From contig NW_002060945.1 of NCBI RefSeq assembly GCF_000150275.1, forward strand, positions 2,255,172 to 2,319,171: 64,000 nt of DNA, in the 5' to 3' direction. The position numbers were made by a program, and so were the translations under genes. Each line of letters starts with the position of its first letter. Position 1 is the stretch's first letter. The DNA is from Trichoplax adhaerens. Taxonomy: Eukaryota; Animalia; Placozoa. Positions 41,379 to 55,400 of this stretch are shown in pieces. A model generated the notes under the pieces. It was given only the letters and a program-made list of their open reading frames with translations, had not been told where the DNA came from and ran no database searches.

Positions 41379-41708
41379 AAAGTTTTATTACTTGTCAATA
41401 CAAAAAATAATAGCGATTATGTCCAAAATAAATATTGCTTGACGGCCTGTGTAAATCAGTAAATCAGTTTGTTAATTCCTTCCTATAGGTTAAGATTATT
41501 GTTTAAAAATGTCATAGCTCGGTAACATAAAGTACAGCAGCACTATTCTCCAGAATAAATGTTGCCTGGTGGCCTGTAAAATCAGCGAATAAGTTTATTG
41601 ATTCCCTTCCTATAGGTTAAGATTACTGTTTAATAAAAGTCTTATTACTTGATAACATAAAGTATAGCGGCGATTATACCCTCAAATAAATATTGCATAG
41701 CTGCCCGT
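41379..41708. repeat. Degenerate tandem array, ~125-130-bp unit x2.5
   Basis: CCTTCCTATAGGTTAAGATTAxTGTTTAA occurs twice; AATAAATxTTGC occurs three times. Confidence 0.85.
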
Positions 41709-44700
41709 GATAAGAATTCTCCACAGGTATCTGTAGAAAGTGGCCGCCATACATCATAATAAAGCTGATATGATAGTGCTGTGTAGATCAGTATTGCATA
41801 ACAGTGTTGTAGATCGACAAATAGATTTTAATTTAAAAAAATTCCAAATAAAAAAAATCAAATACAAAAAATTTAAAATAAATGTTCTACTATATAGATT
41901 GGAAACTTAGTAAAGTTATTAAATTCATACGTTAATAATCAATATTGCCTCAGGTTGAAGAGAAAATGTTTATCTAATGACAAGTTGATTGCCTTCCTAT
42001 TAATAAAGCCTCATTATTCTAAATTTACGGGTTAATTTGTTTACTATCTAACTAATCAGCATTCATCATGTCTTTGAACTTTTTTGTTTGAAAGAATTAA
42101 TTAAACTTACTCTGCAAGTTTTATTTTTTAATATTACCCTACTTAGCAAATACGAACCCTAAAAAAATTTTTGCCATTAAATATTCCATAACATGAATTA
42201 CAGCCATTAGTGTTAAAATAACTTCATACGGCTACAAGAATACTTAACAAGAAGAAGTTGAAGATTGGAAAATTGAATCCTATCCTGTGCATTCTCTCCT
42301 GGAATCCACCGAATTGATCTGCTGTCATTCACGTTCCTACACAGTAAGCATTTTACTTTATCAATATTGCTGTCCATTTCTTCCGCCCTTCCCCACAGCT
42401 TCTTGTACATACATTCTTTGATGCAATCAAGCTAACCTAATCTCTCTCTCCCCGCTATTCGGCACTTTACCTCAGTAATTTAATAATTCACATTATACTG
42501 GATTTCTCGCAGCTTTTCTATATCTAGAATGATAAGTATAATTGTAATTTTCTACTAAAATAAATTATGATCATTTTCTTCTGAAATTTTAACAAATTGA
42601 TGTCCTGTTAATAATATTCCTCTACACTAATCAATTCAGTAAATCATTACTGGTATAAATTTTCTTTGGCCCTTTTCTTTTGGATTCTTGTACATTCTCT
42701 AATACAATCGCGTCAATTTGATATTTTTTGTCCTTGACACTTTATCATCGTTTGTAAATTTAACATTGTTGTTGCGCTAAATTTCTTGAGCCGTTTTCCC
42801 TGTGCTTAAAATGATGCATACAATATGAACTTGCTGTTACAGAAAATTATACTATACTTGTATGATTATTTACAACATAAGAAGATCGAAAGTAGAAATT
42901 TCATTGTGAATATCGACGGAGGCGAACCTTTTGAAAGTTTTATCACGTTATCTTGAACAAAATAGTGACGGAAGAATGTTATTTATTTACCTTGAGTCAT
43001 AATTTATTGTTCATCGGAGAGTTCCATTTTATATTATAACAGTACTCAGTTGTTTATGAATATTGCCTTGGTAGCAATAACAAGTACAGTACGCAGAAGA
43101 ACTTCATTTATTTTATCTTGAATGATTGTTCAATAGGGCTTGAATTTGCGCTATAAATTTATTCCCCTATAGTCAACTTTATGCTCTTGACAATTTGTCA
43201 TTGATGAACATGTAGAAGAATGCTATTGATTTCGCCTTCAATTATTGTGCAAGCAGGATAATAAAATTAATATTGTATTCTGCTTTACTCTTGAATATTT
43301 AACTAGATGCTAATAACAACCATATAAAAATATGTCATTGATTCAATTAATAAATTGAGCTTCAATTTGACGGTAGAGACTTATTTTGTTTATTGGCAAC
43401 AAATTATCTAATTTTAAGGCAATGACAAATTTGTTGAAAAATTCTATTTACGTTGGCGTAAATTACTGTACATAAATCACAATAAATTGATGTTGTGTTC
43501 TAAACTGTTCATGATGAGCTTGGTAGACTATATCTTCATAGTAATAGAAACAGCTTGAAAGAATTTTATTAAATTTATTATTTAATAGGCTTAAATTTAA
43601 TATGGAAAATCAATTTACGCTTAGATAATAATTCTTCCATTTTGTCAAAGAGCGTAGAAAAATTCAATTTATTTCGACTCAAATGATTCTGCTAATAGAA
43701 TATTGAATCTATACCAGCATGTATTTTGATTCCCAGATATTCAATTTTCTGGCAATAGCAACCTTAAAGAAAAGCATTATTAAATAATGATGTAAGCTGG
43801 GCTTAAATTCAACCTTACAGGTTGAATTTTACGAAGAAGAACAGTTTTTTCATTTTGTGAAAGACGCGGAGGAGTTTTACTTACTTAACCCTTATCTTAA
43901 CCTTCGTATAAGAGAATAAATTAATGTTGATTTTGATTTGTTATTCATTAGTCAATTTTACACGTTAGTAATACTTTTTAAAGGTACAGAAAAATAGAAT
44001 CAATTAATTTCTATCAAAACTGTCTCACTTATAGAACTTTAAATTGCCGGTGTGGGCTGATTTACTCGCTGATTGAAAATTTTCGTACAGTAGAAAATAC
44101 GCGGAGGAATTTTATCCACGTGGCTTCAAGTTATTATATACTTTCAGCACACTAAATCCTGCTAATTTTACCTTTAAGTTATTGAACGAAACCACATTTG
44201 AAGTTTATGTTGCCGACTAATCTTTCGTTAGCGAATTTTAGGCTAATGATAATTATTTAGCTTAATGACCAAGCGATAAATATCCAGAAATATATTTAAT
44301 TGCAGTGTATATAGATAGCTTCAAACATTTTTATGACTAGTTTTCTTACTTTTGTGGTTGTGTTAAGCATTTATTTTAGAACATAATATGTTAGTAAGCA
44401 CCCACAGGAATTAAAAATATTTTTATTATGAAGTCATTGTGCAAGTAAGACTATAAAATTGTGCAGTATTGATATCTTTAGCGGATTTTTTATAGCTGTA
44501 ATAGACATTTCGATCAGTACTTCATAATTATTATCAGAAAGAGCAAAAGTTGTTTGGCTTTTAATTAAATTACTGCTTTAGATTAGACGAGACTTAAATT
44601 GGCGTTGCCATGTGATCATCTTGTCTGTAGTATACTTTATAGCCTTTAAAGAAGTCAAAAGTGCTCGGGATTTATTTAGTAATTATGTAGATACCACTTG

Positions 44701-47700
44701 GAATTAATATCTACATGGACAAATCCGGCAATTGGTCGAAAATTCCAGAGCCATGATTATTCTCAGAACTTAATAATTAAAAAAGAACGAATGATAGTTT
44801 ATCTAATCTAAAATTAATAATTCATTCAGGAATTATATTTGGTGGCTGTGTAGTATTAAGACCCGATTCTTTATAGCCGTGAGAGTCTAATGGAAACAAA
44901 CGATTTGTTGACTCCTGAATGACGATAATGCTGCGGACTAACTTTTCACTGACGGCGAAATTTCCTGCCAACATTAATATCGACATAAAATATCTGGCAT
45001 TCATTAGAAAAAGGTTAATCGATTTCGCCTTTCGCCAAACCAACCCTTGAGATTTAAAATACAAAATCAAAATTTGATGCTACAACCGCTATTAGATATT
45101 CCAAGATGTCTTATGTGTTTACTTTTAGAAAGTTTGCTGTTAAAAATCCCTTTCGAATTCCTCGTTTCACAATATTCTTATAGTGTTTCGTCGATATCAA
45201 TTCTAATGGTAACTAATTCTCTCAGTAAAACGGTAGCCATAAATTGACTCATCTTTTATTGTAACAAGACTTGGGAAATTTATCATAACCATAAACTAGG
45301 TTATAGTTGTAGATTATGAACAATTTTGCAAACTAATAGGAAGGAATAAAATTAAAGGGAAAACGGTTGCTTAATTGTATTGATACCATTGCTCAAATAA
45401 ATTTCTATTTCTTAATTTGATGATGACACTCTTGATAAGTCAGTAAGTGGAATTAGTTAGATTTTAGTTTCAAGCTGTCTCTTAACTGAACAAATTAGAG
45501 ATATTTTTGAATAGCTATTTTCTAAAATTGATTAATAACTTGCTTTGGAGAGATTAACATCAACTTACCTATGAATTCATTATAGTAAAAATGTTGCTCA
45601 ATAATAAGGCATTCTTTTTGATGACTCTTAAAATAGCTTGCTTACAAATCGATTGTTGATGCACTTGAAATAGTGCAAGTAATCAATATTAAATCTTGCA
45701 ATAGTTTTAAATTTGGAGAAGGTAGAGCATTAATTATATACGGAAGGGCTATTATTCCAATAGATATCAAACTATCGTCAGAAGGTTAATATTTATGGAT
45801 GACTATGCTGAGAAATAATGATCAGGATGTAGCAAATACGTAATTGCCAGTAGCAATGGATAGATTTACTTAAAGAAGTAACAGAAATTATTTTACATGA
45901 TACAGCAAATAACATACCAAAAGGGCTACAACGATGCATGAAATAATCATATAGATAATGGCAATTATAAGGACAAAAAAGCAATTAGCGAAGCCCAATT
46001 ATTAGTCGAGAAACTAGACAAATCCCTTAAGGACCACTGATTTCTATTTCAAAGTTGTAAAATGCGGGTATAGTTCTTTAATATCGATATATAGGACTCT
46101 TCATAATTTGCATTGCAGCCCCAAATATAGCTTAGATTACGATCCAAGGTTGTACGAGAATAGTTAAATTTTATGTAAGTAAAAGTTGATAAATTAGTTC
46201 TAGTAATATTAAAATACTAGTTATTAGGTATATTAATTGTATACGTTACTTTTAGGATTATTGATCGTACAATTTTTGTTAAAAATTATTAATCTTAAAA
46301 TCCTGGCACAATATTGTGATAAAAACTAAAAGAAAATTTAGATAAAAGTAACTGTGACTAATCCTTCCTTCATCAAAAAAAGGTTATCTGTTATTTGCAT
46401 TATAGAGCCAATAAATGACTCAGTTTGTGCTAAATTACGTTAACTATTCCCCAACTAAAGGCAAACCATCCAATTGGATTGTTTAGCCATTTTTAACCTA
46501 ACAATTGCAATTTAGTGAATAACACTAAGGAAAATCAACCTCAGATATGTTTAGATGAATTATTAAATTGAATCGTTAGGCTTGAATAATTTCAATCACA
46601 GTTACATTAGGCATATTCAACTTAGGAAAACTCTAACCTTTATTTTGTTCTGAAAACTTCTTTCCAGAAATATCAGCCAGATTGCAAGAAACAGATGTTG
46701 GCATTTTACTTCCTGAGGTTCCCATTTCTTTATCCAGATAGTTATAACATCAAAATATTTACTTTTGCACCAATTGTCAGTAAGCTATAGAAGCTAACGT
46801 ATAGAAATTGCGGATACCAATTTAGATTATTCAGTAAAATAATTCTAATAGAAATTAATGAAACATTTTGATACCGGTATTTAGCTAAATTTAGCTATAG
46901 CGTAATACTAATGTTGAAAGTGAAACTGATTTCAATAAAGGTAGATGGATCAATTAAAATAATTATCGATATTATAGTAACAAACAGTTAATTTAATAAC
47001 ATACAGCACCATAGACTTTAATTCTGTTAAAATAATATCTTGATAAGGAAAAAATTAGATACAGGTGAGGATAAAATTTTCTTGCGAGGTAGTAAGCGCC
47101 TATGTCGTCTATTGCTACTAGAAGATAGCAATAAATGTTGAGTAATTTTGAATATAAGTTCATATTATTTTTTGCTAGTTATACAAGCTGACGATAATAA
47201 TATAATGGAGACTGACATCTAGTCCAGATAAAAGGAAACTATGACTAATTAATATACGGATACAATACACTAACATTCAACCGGACTAGACATTGCACTA
47301 GTTGTTAATATCCATCGTCATTAAGCTAGAGTAGGTATGGAGATAATTACGAACGACTATTACTTTCATTTATAACAGTTCAAGCTAGTTGTAAGAGCCT
47401 ACTCTAATGCTTCGACTGAATACATGAAGGCAGTCTAGATGACGTTTAAAGTAAACTCTTAAAAATTATAAAAAATTGTGAGAGGGTGATTTAGCCATTG
47501 TAGGGAAGATGAAATGATGTTAGTAGAAAGCCGCAATACTGATAAAGCTAAAATAATGCTAACTTAGTTTAAATTGAATTTAATGTACAAAATTCTATGC
47601 TGAATTTGAGAGGATAGTCTAATCTTTCCGGGAAATAATTAAATAGAGTGGATGACGAAATCGAAAGGAATTCGAGCTAGAAGATGGCACAGAGATTAGT

Positions 47701-49777
47701 CTTAATCAAACTGAAGATTGATATTCGCAATCTTCAAAGCTGACCAAGCAAAGCTACTCTAATCTTGGAAGATGAGAAAGTAGCAAACGAAGATATGAGA
47801 ATGTGAAAGACATACAGGCAAACAAAGTACGGAGCAAAATACATAAATTATTCTTACAATGATATTCATAGCCGATTAGAAGAGATTGATCTATTATTTG
47901 AGTGAGAAAGGGATTTATTATGAATGTTTAAAATTCATCATTGTCTAGGTAGAAGTCACATATCACGATGAAATATCGAGAGTACTCGCGTTAAATTTCC
48001 AACTGTCATCTGCCATCAACTGCTATAAGGTTTTTAATGCTCGGTGAGATGAATGTGTAGTATGCGTTATCGGCTGATATTAATTTGGATTGAAAAATAC
48101 TCTGTTCAAAGCTGGTGATCATCCGAATCAATTAGTCTTATATTTCTCGTATTACATGATAATTTTAATCAATCAACCTTAATAATTACATAGAAAGAAT
48201 TTGAGATATAATTTCTCATCAAAAACCTCTTCTCGAAAGGACCAATCAATCTATTCAGCATTCATTGAATTTATAACTAACAAACATATACGATGGTGGT
48301 CGATAAGGTCGCAAGGTTAGACATGTATTTTAAGCATAAATATTGGATGAGAGTCAATTAAAGAAAAACAAATTTAAAGTCTCAAAATCTTCAGCAGGTA
48401 GAAACTAGATTTTAGAAAATAAACGCTTACATCATAAAAATTACGTGAAAGTGAAATGATAACCGGCATAATAGAGGATAAACCACTTATTTTAATAGGA
48501 AATACCTTTAAAAATGAGACAAAGATGATTTGCTATAGAATGATTAAACTTTCTTTCCGGCTATCATTGACCAGAGCGACGATAATAAAATAAATTAAGC
48601 AAGATTGTTTGCCTTAAATAATCTTTTCTGTCGATTTATTCTACTGCTATTGCCCGTCTAGATTGCAAAACTTGTCTGATTCAAGCAGAGCCTATGTAGA
48701 ATTTGGATGGAGGTGATAATGATTCGACAAGTGTTTTCGTCTGAATATTTGTGTTTTCAAAGACAGATGTAGTCGTTCCTATCGTAACCAAAACCAAGCA
48801 AATAGATCATTTATACCAATTGAAATGGATAGAATAGCCTAACTCTAATATTAATTATCGTCTACCTTGAACATACTTGTATTATTTTCTTATAAATATA
48901 GGAAATTTTTCCACTTACTACTGCTAGAATAACAATAATTAAATGATTGTTTTATAATTGAATAGCCAAATTAATCAAGCACCCAAGATGTTAATTGAAA
49001 GACAATATTGTATTGATTTTCATTTTGAAATAATTGAGAATCTTTTTGTCTGCTTTATCACTATTCATTTTTAACTATATCTCTAAATTTGCGTGCATTC
49101 TCTTTGAAAAAAGACTATATTAAGATATGTTAAAAGGAACGGTTACAAGCTTGGTGCTGCCAATGGATAGTCAAAGTAAAAACGATGTTAAAAGGAAAAG
49201 CACTCTCGCCAATATAGTTTACCTCCCCTTACCTTCTAATATTAGAGTAGACTATATTTTTCAATATTGAAGTAATGATTTTAATTAATCCAATTTACTT
49301 CTGTGGCTAGGAATAAGCTGAAAGAATTATTTTTTTATTGCCTGAGGTAATAAAAATGCAATACAACGATGGTAACGATGGAGGATTAACTTGAAGTAGG
49401 CAGCGATCATGCGGTATATCAGCATAGAATAGGATAGCCCAAATTTTTCATCAGTTGATTGTTTTCTATTATCGAGTCAAGTTAGCAGTTAAATTCTAAA
49501 CTGTCCAATTATTCAATTATGTAATACAGACGATAAATGTAGTAGCAGTTTAATTTTAGAACAGTAAAAATCTGTTAGAAAACAATGATTAAAGACAAAT
49601 AAAGCCAGTTCTAGGATAGACTTGAAAGAGTTACCATAAGTAAAATTGTTTTACAGACAGTGATCAACTGATAGATTAAATTATGCATTAACAACGATGA
49701 ACTAAAATTTGAAAGGGAAGGTAGTGCTTTAAACTAAATACGCAAGGTACAAGCTTTAGGAAGCAAAAGGTGTATCC

Positions 49778-50143
49778 TAGTCGACCTATTCTCTGTCTGC
49801 TTGGGAGATTATTATATTTTAAATTCCTCGTAGAGAAGGATAACTCGAAAGATCTTTTAGTCGACTTATGTTCTATATATTTGTGGGGTTACTGTATTTT
49901 TAATTTCTCTTAGAAGCAGATAAGTCGTGAGATCTTTTTGGAGCAATATTGTAGCAAGTACTACTTGATGATAAGTTAAATCAATTGATATATTGCCTGG
50001 GAAATATAAGGCATATTCTATCAGCTTCTGGGATTATTGTATTTTTAATTTCTCTTAGAAAAGGACAAATCGAAAGATCGTTCAGGGCAATATTGGAGCA
50101 AGTACTAGCTAGTAATAAGTTAGATTAATCGGTATACTGCCTA
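49778..50143. repeat. Nested degenerate tandem duplications
   Basis: TAGTCGAC x2; TGTATTTTTAATTTCTCTTAGAA x2; GCAATATTGxAGCAAGTACTA x2. Confidence 0.8.
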
Positions 50144-51841
50144 CGGTGGTAGATATAGAAACCAATTGGAAAGCAGAAAGCGTATTATTAAAGTTGATTT
50201 GTTATACCAATTCTACCCGTAGGGCCACCAAATTCAATATTGGTCTAGCTCCATTTTTGGTGAGTTTATTCACTAAGCAAGCTAAGAATAGGATAAAGCC
50301 TTTACTTGTTATTCAATCTACAGAAAAGTCTATAAAATGGTTTATTTATGCTACTATACGCGGGTTTTTATTACTGTCTTAAAATGCGGCAATTTTTTCC
50401 CTACATTTTCTTTTCATCTAGCAATTTGAGTTATCTTTCTTTTAATAACAATGATATAATCAAGAAGAAATCATCGGTTATCTTTTACTGTTCAAAAGTA
50501 TTTTTATTGTATTATGAATAGTGAGAAGGAGTACACCTGCATGATTCTATTTATCTGATGTTATTCTATTTGGATGTTGGCGTACTTCCTTATTTTCTGT
50601 CTACAACCAGGAATTGACTGTAAAAAATACTTGCTCGTTGTAAATTGAACTTTGAGCCATCAATATAGTTTCAAATATACAATGAAGACATAGGGATATT
50701 GGTGATATTTCATAGTTAACACATAATTATGACTTTTCTTTATATGTAATATTAATATGAAAACTACTATTTTTGTTATCCTACGGGAAATGGTCAGCTT
50801 GGTTTTTATCATTGATCGTGTTCAAATACATTTTGAACAATAAGAAGATTTTAATAGCAAAAGTAGTTATGATAACCGTATGATGATGGTCTTTGAAAGT
50901 TCTGTTTTGGATATTTCCTTGTAGCTAAAACAGTCGCTAAATCGCTATTTCTCAAATTAATTTATCAGCTCCATCCTATTTAAGTAATAAGAGAACGTTT
51001 CCTAGAAATGGCTTACTAATGCAAGAGGCTATCATAAAGTGCCTTCAAATATTATACACTAAAAGCATTCATACAGTTTGCAACTTTCGTCTTGTTAGTG
51101 AAGTAAAACAGTATTTGCTGGGATTGATTCGTAAATCCTGTAGTTATTGATTTGGATAAGATTAAAATTAAATCGAACATAAATAGCTAAATTATCAATT
51201 TTAAAAATTAATTTAAAGTAGTTTATTGTAATGAGAAGAAAAGCGATGTTGAATAGAACGAGTTAGCACTTTGCAAGTGCTAAAACTGCTATTTTCTTAA
51301 CCAATTTGTAAAATTTTATTCTATTTGATGGAGTAAAACACATTTTGCTAGAATTGAATTTCTACTTTAGGGTTTGTGACACAAATAAAATTAGAATGAA
51401 TCTAATATAATTAGTGATTTAAAGGCAAAACATAGTACGTTTCTAAATGTTTGTCTATAGCTCGGTGGAAGAATGTAATCTTGTAGGTTTTCGTCAAGTA
51501 AAAAATTTATTACCAGTCTTATCTTCCAATATGTGATAGCATTAGCTATGAGTCAAAATAGTATGGCCTTTAATATCTAGTAAAATACGCTATTTGTATC
51601 ATTCCTACTCTTAAATGAATCATTTATGCAACGAGTTATAGACTAGATAATATAAGCCTTTAATTTCAGTATAAGAAAAATTTACTGCTTTCCATGCTCA
51701 ATTTCAACACTATACTATATAGGGCTAAGTAATATGTCACTTTGAATTCTTTAGCCAATAAAAAGTTTCGGTATTCTTCGTACTCATGGCTTCATAGTAA
51801 TACAGAGTTAAAAAAGGCCAATAAAACCTTCTTATATTGTT

Positions 51842-52412
51842 AAAGTTAAAATTTAGAATCCTTAATGATTAAACTAGTATAATTTACTAGTAGATCGATT
51901 GCCGCACTCTGATTAATTCTAATATCAAGTCTAGTTCAAGTACAAAGAATATTACTGTAATTCGACTTGGCTTAAAGTTAAAATTTAATGTTATCCTGAG
52001 CTCATATCCACGGTCTATCTCAGATTACCTGTAATCGTACCGAAATTGAAAATAATCATATTAGCTCCCATTTACGCCAATTTTCACCATATTACTTATA
52101 ATAGCAATGCTAGTAAAATCATCTAAATACAGTCAGAGTTAAAACTAAAACTTAATATTCTTGATGCTTAAACTAGCAATAGTTTACATCGTAGATAGAT
52201 TACCGTACCCTGGTCAACTCTAATATCATGCCTAGTTCAAGTGTAAGGAATATCACCAAAATTCGACTTGGATTGAAGTTAAAAATTAATTTTATCTTGC
52301 ACCCACCTAACAGTCTATCTCATATTGCCTGTAATCGTATTGAATAGAGAATAATCATATTGGCTCCCTTTTACGCCAATTTCACCATAATTACTTATGA
52401 TATTAATGCTAG
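51842..52412. repeat. Tandem duplication, ~300-bp unit x2
   Basis: CTAATATCA...CTAGTTCAAGT, AATTCGACTTGG, GTCTATCTCA, CCTGTAATCGTA and AATAATCATATT.GCTCCC.TTTACGCCAATTT are colinear in both copies. Confidence 0.9.
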
Positions 52413-55400
52413 AACTCTATCTTAGCCCGTTGAATATGTCAATAAATGGTAAATAACTCAATCATTTCTTTCAGCTTCATTTCACATTATAATTATTACA
52501 CCAGGCAAGCGGCCATTCTTTATAATTATGCCAGTAGATAGTATAATAAACACTAAATAAAATACTTTTTAATGGGATTGAAGTAAATAACTGAAGCTTG
52601 AAATATTTTGATTTAAAAGTAAATTACTCATTGTCATTCCCTATTAACCAGCCCATTTTAAGTATGATGCCACTCAATGTAGATAGCCGTCGTGAAATCA
52701 ATTTCCAAAATTAATTTCCTCGAATGGGAATTGATAAGGCGATAAAGGGAGACGAAAGGCTAGATCTTCTTCTATGATACAATACCAGATCGTTTTCTAA
52801 TACCAATTATGCTACTGAGTTGAAATGATCACTTATTGTCGTTAGTGACATGATTTATATGGAATTAAGTAAAAAATGATCGATTTTTACTCGTTCCAAA
52901 TAATATGATATAGAGTCATTAGCCTAGAACTATTTCACGTTGAACAGACAGAATTTAACAAACCTAACAAGCTTTTATCCATGTCTCTTCTTTCTTAGTG
53001 AACCTTAATACCGTATAAATTACTACCCAAAGATCAGTCTATTTTATTTTTACAATTGCCCCTTTCCTATTCCAATCGCCACTAAAGACTATTGTAGAAA
53101 AGTATACAAGTTAGGTATTATTAGTCCATAAATTATTTGTTGTCAATCATACATGCTATGTAAGTTTTATGGAACTAAATTTTGTCAGTTTTTCATTTCT
53201 CTGTCTCAATAAATACGTAATAATGAAAGTGGTCAGAGTAGCTAAGTCAAGTCATAATCGAACAAAAACTGTTAGAAAATGTAATAACTGAGCTAAGAGA
53301 GCTCAGTTATTTCTGTAGTAATTTCTCAATCGCGGAATTGAAATAATTCAGTGGTAAGTAACGAGATAATTTTGTGTCTAGTATTTCTAGTGGCTTGTTG
53401 AATGAGTTTTAGCCTCTTTGTTTCGCAATCTGGCGTGTAGTATGGATAATCATACAAGTGTGCTATTTTAATATATTCACCATAATCTTTCGATGCTTTA
53501 TTAGGTTAAGCCGACTATTCTTCGTCGTATAATTCTTTACAGTATACTTGCACTACAAACTACAACAGCTGTAATTAGCTGAGATGGCTATAGCTTTACT
53601 ATCATAACTGCCGCATACTATACTCCAGAAACTTGCTTTTAATTTTTCGTATTTATTATATAAGTAATTAAAAATTAGAATTAGAATGATGAGTAAGATG
53701 TGAAATAGTTCATCATCGAAAGCAAGTATGGGAAAACCAATACAAACGTCCTTTTATATACTAATATGAATAGCAAAATATTAATTATGGAATTAAATAA
53801 CCCAGGGAGTAGCAATGACTAATCTATCTCTAATTAATCATTATGATAATACACGCTATATATACCAGGAAACGAAATTTCGATTATTTTATCACCGTTT
53901 GTATAAGTAGTGATTAAAGCAGCGACGGACGCATTAGAAAGGAAGTAGTCGAGTTTACGTAATGGAATAGATAATTTATAAATATTATAGGCAATCAGTA
54001 CCGTACAGTAATAAAAAAGTTTTAATAACGAGCAAATGTAATTTATAGAACAATTAGTTGCTTAGTTCCCTCTTCTTTTAAAGTATTAAACCTTTTACGA
54101 TTATAGAATTTAGAAATGCTACAAGTTTCTATTCCATGTCTGTGCTTACTAATGCTGATAACTGGTAAATTAAAGTGTATGGAATTAAATATGCATTATA
54201 TACAAAGATTTTGCTTTCAAAGAATTTGCTTAGTAGAATAGACTATAATACATAATGAGTAAGAACTGAGATTACCATTTAATTGGATCTGTATGCAATT
54301 TTTATGTCTGTTAATTTCGTTTGCGCTTTACGTTGTTATGGCTGTACAGACCGATTTTCTCTAATTTTTCTTATTTACGTAAAGTCAATTAATAATAGTT
54401 CATAGTATGTAGGGAATATTTGGCTAAGCAACAGAGAGCATAGATTGTATTACTGCTTTAAATCAATGGATTATTGGCGTAAGAATTTGATATAAAATAT
54501 CAAAAATTGCTACTAAGGATAGCAATATGCAAGAATAAGAATTGTAAATTGGTATCTCCGATATAAAAGAAGAGCAGCTATATTCATTGCTACATTTGAT
54601 CTATAAGACAAAAATTTTTTTCTTACATTTATAGTTTATTCATTAGCTTCAAGCAATATATTTTAATAGTGACTAAAGTGAGCACCTATACAAACTTTAT
54701 ATTGCCATTTGAATTTAACTAGATCATGAATTAGATAAAATGATCATAATTCGTTATATGAAAATCGTTTTCAATATATTCACGAAAGTGAATTAATAAA
54801 ATTTTATGCTTGCGGGATATTTTGTTACTGTATTGTAATCATTGTATCATATTAAGACTTATTAAGATAAAAATAGCTTAAACTATACTACAGTGTATTA
54901 AGTTAAGGGTTTAGGTAAACTTACAGTAAATTTAATGGTACCGTAGTTTGTATTTGAAAAGAAAAAATTTTATTTCATAATAGTATTATATCATTAACGG
55001 TACGTAGCAAAATCATGTAAAAGCTTTAACAATTTGCTTCTCTCAAGTAATCTCTATAGTGATAGTTCTAAGCTCCAACTTGCAAGTTAAACAAGCCTAC
55101 TCTAAACGACTCCAAGTAAATCTAGCCTAGCTTTAGACCTAGTAAAGCATAGAATTACCTCCCATATTATTGCTCCTCGGTATATTCTGACCGACAAATT
55201 ACAAGGAAACAGCTGATACTATCGAATATAAATTGCAGAAAGATCTACTATTAGAGGCAAAGAAAAGTAATCTGTGCATATTGTTACTATTTTAGAGTAA
55301 AATGCACACAGTTCCATAGCCACACCATAAAAATAAATCAGAAAATAATTACAATAGATCATCACTAAATGATTTATATATAAATAATAAATATATTTTA

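Noticed and set aside
47665-47720. KEFELEDGTEISL, resembling actin-family YELPDG.I
   Set aside because: A stop follows immediately and no other actin-fold motifs are nearby.
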